This document shows positions 28,005 to 35,612 of a stretch of 64,000 nucleotides of DNA, piece after piece (the first letter of the stretch is position 1; each line of letters starts with the position of its first letter). The stretch spans positions 331 through 64,330 of the forward strand of contig CAZHAH010000009.1 of the NCBI GenBank assembly GCA_964530095.1, given 5' to 3'. The notes beneath the pieces were generated by a model. That model worked only from the letters and a program-made list of their open reading frames with translations, did not search any database and was not told the origin of the DNA. Source of the stretch: an uncultured Desulfobacteraceae bacterium (GTDB lineage: Bacteria > Desulfobacterota > Desulfobacteria > Desulfobacterales > CAZHA01). The translations under genes and the position numbers were made by a program.

Positions 28005-28227
28005 AGAATTCGATAAAAAATTTGATAGAGGGGAGGGGATTTCGGAATTCCTTGACTTGTCGAAAGCAAGAAGACCCGGACAAGAGCAGAAGCGGGTAAA
28101 TGTTGATTTTCCTATTTGGATGATCCACCGCCTGGACAAAGAAGCCAAACGTCTGGGCGTGCCCCGGCAATCACTTATCAAAGTCTGGATCGCGGATAAA
28201 CTGCAAAAACTGACCCAATTACCTTAA
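27994..28227 (+). CDS. brnA: BrnA-type (CopG/RHH) antitoxin
   Basis: MKAKEFDKKFDRGEGISEFLDLSKARRP...KRVNVDFPIWMIHRLDKEAKRLGVPRQSLIKVWIADKL. Confidence 0.65.
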   Translation: MKAKEFDKKFDRGEGISEFLDLSKARRPGQEQKRVNVDFPIWMIHRLDKEAKRLGVPRQSLIKVWIADKLQKLTQLP

Positions 28228-28596
28228 TTGTGGCTGGAAGAACTCCGGACGGATATCCTTATTCGGAATTGGAATGAGAATGTTGATATGGATACAGATG
28301 ATCTTACACCGATGGCCTATGAAAGCATTATTATTGCAAACGGGATAACGGATTTTCTGAAATGTGATTTAGGGGTACGCAGTGGAGATTATACTAACGA
28401 AGATGAATACCTCAATAGGATATTGGATTTCGTCCGAAAAATAAAGTATGATCCAGAAGATTATTTGGATTACTGGAATCTTTGGAATGAATTGGACCTA
28501 ACGGCTTTTGTAAAAGGATTAAAAGAGCTGGAGAAACATATCTTAAAGACCATTGAAACACCGTTTGATCAGAGAGTGGATGTCCCCGTTTATTGA
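28228..28596 (+). CDS. Hypothetical acidic protein
   Basis: 122-aa ORF with a TTG start; an internal ATG is possible. No recognisable motif. AT-rich. Confidence 0.35.
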   Translation: MWLEELRTDILIRNWNENVDMDTDDLTPMAYESIIIANGITDFLKCDLGVRSGDYTNEDEYLNRILDFVRKIKYDPEDYLDYWNLWNELDLTAFVKGLKELEKHILKTIETPFDQRVDVPVY

Positions 28597-28712
28597 AACA
28601 TGTTGAGGATTGGTTTCTCGCTGTTTAGAATAATCCCCAACCGGCACATAGCAGCAAAAAAGATCGTGGGTACCCGGAGTGCCGAGTCGCTGAAAATCTT
28701 GGAGATGCAATA

Positions 28713-28949
28713 ATGGCTGGTAAATGGAAAGAGGTTGTAAGGCTGATCTTTAAAGGTAAACGCCTGCGGGCTCTGCAGGTGGAGGAATTAAAGCTTACTA
28801 ATTCCGAGACACATTATGATAAGTCGGCACGTCCAATTGAAGATTTGTTGCAAGAGCTTGCGAAAGAAGTTCCCAACGAAGAATGGGAAAAACTCCCTAA
28901 TGATTTAAATGATAATCTGGATCATTATCTGTACTGGTTATCCAAGTAA
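28713..28949 (+). CDS. Putative orphan antitoxin (C-terminal EEWEKLPxDL..LDHYLY motif)
   Basis: 78 aa. The tail (VPNEEWEKLPNDLNDNLDHYLYWLSK) resembles antitoxins usually paired with PIN toxins. Only a 7-codon ORF (MKMYLKY) follows. Confidence 0.4.
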   Translation: MAGKWKEVVRLIFKGKRLRALQVEELKLTNSETHYDKSARPIEDLLQELAKEVPNEEWEKLPNDLNDNLDHYLYWLSK

Positions 28950-29174
28950 TGAAAATGTATCTTAAATATTAAGGATTCCGGAAGGCAACCAAACAGATTT
29001 CATCCAAACGGCAGACAGTGGGCCTGATTGCTGATTATATGGATTCCCCTCTCGCTCTTCATCAGAATCAAAATACACATTGAATTTCAACATATTAGAT
29101 AGTATAACCGTAACCCACAATAAATTCTGAGCAGCCCGCGGGATTGAAGGTTTTAGACCCTCTTTGGTGGATAA

Positions 29175-29423
29175 ATGGCAACATTATCCAGCGGCATACG
29201 GGACAATCACCAACGCGGGTCAGTTGGTGATTTCCTGAAGGAAAAGATTCGGGCCAAGACCGATCTATCGTTTGTTTCCGCATACTTTACCATTTATGCA
29301 TTTGAAGCGCTAAAACAGCAGCTTTTGAACATTGATCATCTTGATTTTCTTTTCGGTGAACCGAAATTCATCCGCAGCCTGGATCCCGATAAAACAGATA
29401 AATTATTTTTGATTGTTGATTAA
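29175..29423 (+). pseudogene. N-terminal stub resembling PLD-domain/helicase defence proteins
   Basis: The 82 aa read ...RGSVGDFLKEKIRAKTDLSFVSAYFTIYAFEALKQQLLNIDHLDFLFGEPKF.... It stops before any HKD motif, 14 nt upstream of the methyltransferase gene. Confidence 0.35.
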
Positions 29424-29437
29424 ATTAATACAATTAG

Positions 29438-30556
29438 ATGAAATTATTGCAAAAAAGTGTTGAATCGGTACCGCATCATTGGGGGGAGTCCTGCACAGGA
29501 ACAGAGTGCACCTTTCATCAACTTTCACCATATATTGGAAAACTAAAAAGCTCCATTGCTCGCGATCTGGTTGCTACTTATTCAAAACCAGGCGGTCTTA
29601 TTGCAGACCCTTTTTCAGGATCTGGAACTATACCTCTGGAAGCTTTATTGCAGGAACGAAGAGCCTTTGCCGCTGACATTAGTCCATATGCAAAGGTTTT
29701 GTGCCAAGCTAAACTTAAGGCACCACCGTCACTTGAGGATGCGTTGAAGCAAGCGGAAGAAGCCTTAAATCTATCATTTGCTCTTCGGAGTCCCGATTTG
29801 AGGAGAGTCCCCCTTTGGGTTAGACAGTTTTTCCACCCTCGAACACTTAAAGAAGCAATCAAATTTGCAACAATTTGTAAAAGAAACAAATACCATTTCT
29901 TGCTTGCCTGTTTTCTTGGAATATTGCACCATCAGCGCCCGGGCTTTTTATCATATCCGAGCAGCCATTTGGTCCCTTATCTCAGAGAAAAGAAATATCC
30001 GCGTGACCAATTTCCAGAGCTATATAAGTATCGAGAAATACGTACCCGTCTAATAGCCAAGATCCGAAGGGCATACAGGAGGGGACCTGCAATACGCATA
30101 AATGGAAATTCAACATACAAACATTGCTCTATAAAAAAGTTGAACCTGCCGGAATCTTTTGACTGTTTGATAACCAGCCCTCCTTATATGAACGCCCTAG
30201 ACTATAATAGAGACAATCGTTTAAGACTATGGTTTATAAATCCTGGTTATTCGATTCCTGAAGAGGACGAAGTAATTCGACAACAAGAATCTTTCAAAGA
30301 AGCTATGGCTTTATTAGCCCAAAAAGTGAATAAATCTTTAAAATCAAAAGGATATTGTGTAATTATTGTGGGAGAACACATAGCAATCAAGCCTCGTACG
30401 CATCTGTCAAATTTCGTTTGTAAAACAATTGGCGATAATGCTCCCTTACTGAAACTTCAGATGATTATAGAAGATGATATTCCAGATGTCCGAAGATCGC
30501 GACGTGATTACAGAGGTACAAAAACCGAACATTTTTTAATATTCCAAAAGGCATAG
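29438..30556 (+). CDS. Amino-methyltransferase (N4-C/N6-A type), motif I before motif IV
   Basis: 372 aa. The AdoMet motif I is DPFSGSGT (aa 57-64, context HQLSPYIGKLKSSIARDLVATYSKPGGLIADPFSGSGTIPLEALL). Catalytic motif IV is SPPY (aa 247-250, context LITSPPYMNALDY). About 180 mostly helical residues lie between them. Confidence 0.75.
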   Translation: MKLLQKSVESVPHHWGESCTGTECTFHQLSPYIGKLKSSIARDLVATYSKPGGLIADPFSGSGTIPLEALLQERRAFAADISPYAKVLCQAKLKAPPSLEDALKQAEEALNLSFALRSPDLRRVPLWVRQFFHPRTLKEAIKFATICKRNKYHFLLACFLGILHHQRPGFLSYPSSHLVPYLREKKYPRDQFPELYKYREIRTRLIAKIRRAYRRGPAIRINGNSTYKHCSIKKLNLPESFDCLITSPPYMNALDYNRDNRLRLWFINPGYSIPEEDEVIRQQESFKEAMALLAQKVNKSLKSKGYCVIIVGEHIAIKPRTHLSNFVCKTIGDNAPLLKLQMIIEDDIPDVRRSRRDYRGTKTEHFLIFQKA

Positions 30557-30557
30557 A

Positions 30558-33026
30558 ATGCGAAAAAATTTACCGGATAAAGATATTTTTATAAGAAAGA
30601 AGGTGCCAGGCCAACCGGGTGAGTACATAATAGTTGAACACAAGGGCACTGGAATGAATGGCCATGTCTTTCGAGCTCATTCTGATGAACTCAAACGAGA
30701 TATTGCTGTAAAAATTATACCAAAACAAAACCTGGGGCCAAACTGGAAACAAGAATTCCAAAAAGCTAATATTTTGCGCACAACAGCGGTCGTTAAGTTT
30801 TTCAGCGTCAATGAATGGGATGACCTCGAACATGATTGCGTTGTACTATTATCGGAATACATATATGGAAATTCACTTCGTGAATATATTCAAAAAAATA
30901 AGAATAATCTATTTATTGATTTTATAGTGGCTTTTTTAAAAGAGATTTTTTCTTTTTTCCATGAATTAACTGAAATAGGAGATCAACATGGGGATTTGCA
31001 TTCCGGAAACATCTTGGTTGAAGATCGATCCACATTATTATTAACTGGGCCACCATATGCCTTCAGGATAACCGATTTTGGCGTCACTTCAGCGGCAGAA
31101 CATGGAGATGTAAAAGACGATTATGAACACCTTGCCATTGTTCTTAAAGAACTTTTAGAAAATGTTGATTACCAGAACGCCGACTCTCAGGGAAAATATA
31201 CTTTTAATATCCTTAACGATCATTTTCTTGCAAAACATTTAATGGAAAAAGATACGTCGATTGATCCTTATGCACGGCGCCCAAAAAAACTTTTTGAACT
31301 ACTTGATGAAATTGAATCTGATTTTGAAAAAAATATAGCCGACAGAACTTTCAACAAAATAAAAGATCCCTTTGAATACCTCAGTTGTGAGCATTTTGGA
31401 GATTCACACAGTTTACTAAGGACCCTTTATTCCGATCGTTTTCTTGGACTATCTTCTATCGAAACAAGAAATAACCTAGTGCTTACGGGTCCTCGAGGTT
31501 GTGGTAAAAGCACAGTATTTAAAAGCCTTAGTCTTCAGCACAGTTTTATCATTGATGACGACAGCCCAAACAAACGATCATATATTGGTATTTACTACAG
31601 ATGTGATGATTTGTATTTCGCTTTTCCGCGGTACAGGATTCCTGATAGGCCAGAGGCATTTAATGTTCCGATGCATTTCATAATTTCTACGCTTATCAGT
31701 GAACTTTTCGATTCAATAAAAAAATGGGCATTACGATATTTTAAGAATGAGTTCGAAAAGAAGGAGGAAAAAATTTCAAAATCCGCTTGGGATTTGTTGG
31801 AGCTCAATCGTCCTCCTGAACCAGGGATTGACAGCTTTAAGGCACTTTCAGCTATGCTGCAAAAAGAAAGGATCAGAGCAGCCAACAAACAACGCTTCGT
31901 AAATGATCCAAAGCATAGTTTTGGTTTCTACTTCGGCCCTGAAATACTTATTAAAATCTGTAACATGCTTACTGAAATATTTTCCTTTCTTCAAAATCGT
32001 CCTTTCTACTTTTTTATTGATGACTACTCTTCCCCAAAGATTACTATTGATCTTCAGCAGAATCTAAATCGACTTTTTATGCAGCGGACATCCTCGTGCT
32101 TTTTTAAGCTTTCCACCGAAAGCACCGTTAGTTATACACGTTGCGATATTGATACCAAAGCTTACGTAGAAGGTAGAGAATTTACGCTTATGAATCTTGG
32201 GTTAAATTACATCCACGCGGAAGAAAAGGAAAAGCTCCGATTTATTGAAGATGTATTTAAAAGAAGATTAAAGGCGATTGACAACTATCCAGTTTCTGAT
32301 CTTGATGCGCTGTTAGGATCTTATGAGGGTCCAAATCACACACAAGCTGCGAAAATTATCCGAAAAGGGGAAAGAGTAGAGATTTGGGGAAAGGAGTCGC
32401 TTTGCAAACTGTGCTGTGGTGATATTTATCATATTATTGATTTAGTAAAACAAATGGTTGACAATATAGGTGGCTCTGAAGGACTTGCTCAAATTGAAGA
32501 CTCTCAAAAAATCTCATCTAAAGATCAAACAAAAGCTATAAGAGATCAGGCAGGCAACTTTTTAAAAGGTTTGCGCATTTTACCTAATGGGTCTCAACTG
32601 GTTGAAATTGTAAGTTCATTTGGTAACGTCGCACATTCTTATCTTAAGCATAGAAATTCTAAGAATGTAAAAACAAACCCTCCATGGCAGGCACATCGAA
32701 TTGAACCGTATGATCAATTGGCACTTTCTGATGAAGCACAAAAAATATACGATGAGCTTTTAAGGTATTCGGTATTTATTGAAGATGTCAGAGGAAAAAG
32801 CAGGCGGGGAAAAGTTGTACCCAGGCTTTATCTCAGACGGCTTCTCATTCCACATTTTAATCTTACATTCAGCATGCGTGATTCAGTTGAGCTCGAACCA
32901 GATGAAATTCAGGAACTGCTACTGACACCTAAAGAATTTGAAAAAAGACATTTAATTAAAAAAGGATTAATTGAAAACCCTGATCAATTAAAATTTCCTG
33001 GGTTTGAAAAGGAGGAACTTTGTTAA
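30558..33026 (+). CDS. Protein-kinase-like domain fused to a P-loop NTPase and a large C-terminal region
   Basis: 822 aa. Kinase signatures are a Gly-rich loop GTGMNGHVF, Lys52 in IAVKII, a catalytic loop HGDLHSGNIL (D146, N151) and ITDFG (D173). Walker A is GPRGCGKST (aa 311-319) and Walker B is FYFFIDDYS (D488, D489). The start lies 1 nt after the methyltransferase stop. Confidence 0.75.
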   Translation: MRKNLPDKDIFIRKKVPGQPGEYIIVEHKGTGMNGHVFRAHSDELKRDIAVKIIPKQNLGPNWKQEFQKANILRTTAVVKFFSVNEWDDLEHDCVVLLSEYIYGNSLREYIQKNKNNLFIDFIVAFLKEIFSFFHELTEIGDQHGDLHSGNILVEDRSTLLLTGPPYAFRITDFGVTSAAEHGDVKDDYEHLAIVLKELLENVDYQNADSQGKYTFNILNDHFLAKHLMEKDTSIDPYARRPKKLFELLDEIESDFEKNIADRTFNKIKDPFEYLSCEHFGDSHSLLRTLYSDRFLGLSSIETRNNLVLTGPRGCGKSTVFKSLSLQHSFIIDDDSPNKRSYIGIYYRCDDLYFAFPRYRIPDRPEAFNVPMHFIISTLISELFDSIKKWALRYFKNEFEKKEEKISKSAWDLLELNRPPEPGIDSFKALSAMLQKERIRAANKQRFVNDPKHSFGFYFGPEILIKICNMLTEIFSFLQNRPFYFFIDDYSSPKITIDLQQNLNRLFMQRTSSCFFKLSTESTVSYTRCDIDTKAYVEGREFTLMNLGLNYIHAEEKEKLRFIEDVFKRRLKAIDNYPVSDLDALLGSYEGPNHTQAAKIIRKGERVEIWGKESLCKLCCGDIYHIIDLVKQMVDNIGGSEGLAQIEDSQKISSKDQTKAIRDQAGNFLKGLRILPNGSQLVEIVSSFGNVAHSYLKHRNSKNVKTNPPWQAHRIEPYDQLALSDEAQKIYDELLRYSVFIEDVRGKSRRGKVVPRLYLRRLLIPHFNLTFSMRDSVELEPDEIQELLLTPKEFEKRHLIKKGLIENPDQLKFPGFEKEELC

Positions 33027-34069
33027 AGGTTCTTAGAATTGATAGAAAATTGGAGAAACTCGACAAGCCATCCATGCTGCCCACTGACACTGGGCCTGTA
33101 AATAAAGATGATACACTAATTGTGTGTGCAGGATTTGAAGATAGAGCAATAAAAGCGTTGAATTTGGTAATAGAATCGGGACAAATTGGATTTTCTTTAG
33201 TTATTATAGAGTATCTGCCAGAAGTGCGCGAAAACAAAATTGACGAGATTATGAACAAATGCAAAGAGTGCGGTATATCATTTAATCGTTTGCGCTATGA
33301 TCGAGCAAACCCTTCAGGTTTTGGAGACAAATTATTAAGTATCCTGGATCCGGATAGCGGCCGAATTTTTGTTGATATTTCAGGCATGTCTAGATTGCTT
33401 ATAGTGCAGGTGTTGAGTACATTGGGGAAATCTCCTTTTAATTTTTCTAAGGTCTCACTTTTATTTACAGTTGCTTTAGAATATCCTCCAAGTGAAAAAG
33501 AAGTTAATGAAGCTATTATAAAGATGGAAGAAAATTCATTTTATTCCGTCATGTTCCTATCTTCAGGAATATTTGAGTTAACAGTTGTACCGGAGTTATC
33601 TTCTGTATCATTAGAAGGTCAGCCCATTAGAGTGGTTGCATTTCCATCCTTCAACCCACACCAGCTTGCTGCTTTGCGAACCGAAGTCCAGGCATCTTTT
33701 TTTACCTTAATTCATGGAATACCGCCCTTAAAAGAAAACACATGGAGGCCTCAAAAAATCAAGGCGCTGAACCGAACAGAGGAGATTACTAACCGAGAAG
33801 ATATTGAGGCAAGCACATTAGAATACCAGGAAACTTTAACGATTTTGCTCGACATTTATGATAAATATGGTGTGATGGAAAGGATAGTCATTGCACCTAC
33901 CGGTAGTAAAATGCAGGCTGTGGCTGTAGGCATCTTCAGAGCCTTTATGGACGATATTCAAATAGTTTATCCAACACCACGTCTTTTCCCAGAACCCAAG
34001 AAATATACAAAAGGATCAAGGCAGTTGTACCTCCTACACCTCGATTCTTTCTCAGAGATAAGACAGTAA
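33020..34069 (+). CDS. Hypothetical protein with two CARF-like Rossmann halves
   Basis: 349 aa. A TTG start follows AAGGAGGAA and overlaps the kinase gene stop by 7 nt. There is an internal repeat. LIVCAGFEDRAIKAL...RIFVDISGMSRLLIV corresponds to RVVAFPSFNPHQLAAL...RIVIAPTGSKMQAVAV. These motifs recall the Csa3-type GF[DE]/SGGMR and Can/Card1-type TGGTK CARF signatures. Confidence 0.5.
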   Translation: MLKVLRIDRKLEKLDKPSMLPTDTGPVNKDDTLIVCAGFEDRAIKALNLVIESGQIGFSLVIIEYLPEVRENKIDEIMNKCKECGISFNRLRYDRANPSGFGDKLLSILDPDSGRIFVDISGMSRLLIVQVLSTLGKSPFNFSKVSLLFTVALEYPPSEKEVNEAIIKMEENSFYSVMFLSSGIFELTVVPELSSVSLEGQPIRVVAFPSFNPHQLAALRTEVQASFFTLIHGIPPLKENTWRPQKIKALNRTEEITNREDIEASTLEYQETLTILLDIYDKYGVMERIVIAPTGSKMQAVAVGIFRAFMDDIQIVYPTPRLFPEPKKYTKGSRQLYLLHLDSFSEIRQ

Positions 34070-34383
34070 TAAGCACAAACAACAGATTGAAGAGGGCTAA
34101 GATACGCTATAGGGACGATACAAGGAAAGCTAAACAACTGTTGTGTCTAAACCTGTGGGAAAAAGAAACGTATTTTAAAATGAAAATCTTGAAAAGAACG
34201 AACCGATTAGTGAAATTGTTTAAAAGACATACCCCCCATTGAAGCGGGAACCGAGAGTAGCGTAGCTTATCTTGCCAAACTATTTACAGATAGAACTCAC
34301 TGATTTTAAAAGGAACAACTGCCCGGATCCGTTTCGCGTATCAGCGCTAAATATTTATCTTGATATTGCCAGGAAAAAATAAA

Positions 34384-34569
34384 ATGAAATCGAAACTGCC
34401 TTTATCATCTTTTTGCCTAAAAAATTTTAAGGCCATACAGAACAGTAAAACCATAAGGTTTACACAACTGACTGTTTTTATAGGCAACAACGGATCAGGA
34501 AAAAGCAGTATTGTCGTGGGCTGGAAACATTTCAATCCGTTATCCGGGTTGCTGTGCGCAACGGCATAA
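34384..34569 (+). pseudogene. N-terminal stub of an OLD/ABC-type (AAA_15/21-like) ATPase
   Basis: MKSKLPLSSFCLKNFKAIQNSKTIRFTQLTVFIGNNGSGKSSIV is followed by unrelated sequence and a stop after about 60 codons. Confidence 0.5.
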
Positions 34570-34686
34570 TTGATAGTGAGAAGCAGGGATTCAACAAACT
34601 GTGAAATATGTTGAATAGCGTGATATAATTTATGCTTTTAGCTTTTCAAAAAAAATATCAACCAACAAAAAATCAAAGGGAAGAAA

Positions 34687-34908
34687 ATGGAAGACCTTTT
34701 TATTTCAGACCCGACTATCATGATCGGAAAGCCTGTAATCATCGGTACGCGTATTACAGTCGAATCAATTATTGAAAAATTGGCTGCCGGGGAGACCATT
34801 GAACAGAGCCTTGAAGCGCATCCTCGATTAACAAAAAATTCAATGGATGGTTTAAGGGACATCCTTACTTTTATTGATAGCAATGGAGAGGAAAGCCATG
34901 CCACGTGA
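34687..34908 (+). CDS. DUF433 domain protein (antitoxin-like)
   Basis: IMIGKPVIIGTRITVESIIEKLAAGETIEQSLEAHPRLT. Confidence 0.7.
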   Translation: MEDLFISDPTIMIGKPVIIGTRITVESIIEKLAAGETIEQSLEAHPRLTKNSMDGLRDILTFIDSNGEESHAT

Positions 34909-35233
34909 TTATGAGGACTATTTGAACGATATTCTCGATGCGATCCTGAAAATAGAGGATTTTACCAAGGGGATGACGCTTGAAACCTTCAAGGAAGATG
35001 ATAAAACAGTTTTCGCGGTCATCCGCGCCATGGAAATCATCGGTGAAGCTGCCAAGCATATTCCGGATGATGTCCGCTCGCAACATCCGCAAGTGCCCTG
35101 GAAAGCCATGACCGGCATGCGGGACATTTTGGCCCACGATTACTTCGGTGTTAATTTGAATACTATATGGATGACAGCAAGGGAGAAAATACCCTTGTTA
35201 GAGGCTTCGCTGAAACAAATGCTTGGGAAATAA
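34895..35233 (+). CDS. hepT: HepT-like HEPN toxin (DUF86)
   Basis: The RX4HXY motif reads MRDILAHDY. ATG 34895 (MPRDYEDYLNDILDA) overlaps the DUF433 3' end. Confidence 0.8.
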   Translation, partial: AMPRDYEDYLNDILDAILKIEDFTKGMTLETFKEDDKTVFAVIRAMEIIGEAAKHIPDDVRSQHPQVPWKAMTGMRDILAHDYFGVNLNTIWMTAREKIPLLEASLKQMLGK

Positions 35234-35237
35234 TGCA

Positions 35238-35531
35238 ATGAAGAAATTATCTTTGATTAAAAAGACATTACAAAAACAAAAAGATACTTTGTCCGCTAAC
35301 TACGGCGTCAAAGAAATCGGTCTGTTCGGCTCTGTGACCAAAAGGGCGGCAGCGCCGTCAAGCGACATCGACATCCTGATAGATTTTCATAAAACGGTCG
35401 ATCTGTTCACCTTCATTGATTTGAAGCATCATTTGTCGGAACTTCTCGACGCCGAAGTCGATCTTGTGATGAAGGATGGGTTGAAGCCGACGATTGGGAA
35501 ACGGATATTGAAAGAAGTTGAGTATATTTAA
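35238..35531 (+). CDS. mntA: MNT-type minimal nucleotidyltransferase antitoxin
   Basis: GLFGSVTKRAAAPSSDIDILIDF (GS...DxD). ATG 35238 lies 4 nt after the hepT stop. Confidence 0.8.
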   Translation: MKKLSLIKKTLQKQKDTLSANYGVKEIGLFGSVTKRAAAPSSDIDILIDFHKTVDLFTFIDLKHHLSELLDAEVDLVMKDGLKPTIGKRILKEVEYI

Positions 35532-35538
35532 AGTGGTG

Positions 35539-35605
35539 ACATTATATTTAATCGAAAAAATTATTATAGTTTCCTGGAAAACGGGGACATATAAACGTGA
35601 AGGAA
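35539..35605 (+). repeat. 67-bp direct repeat, copy A (orphan duplicate of the radC 3' end)
   Basis: It has 3 mismatches in 67 nt against 37795-37861. It would encode DIIFNRKNYYSFLENGDI followed by a stop. Confidence 0.85.
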
Positions 35606-35612
35606 TACGATT

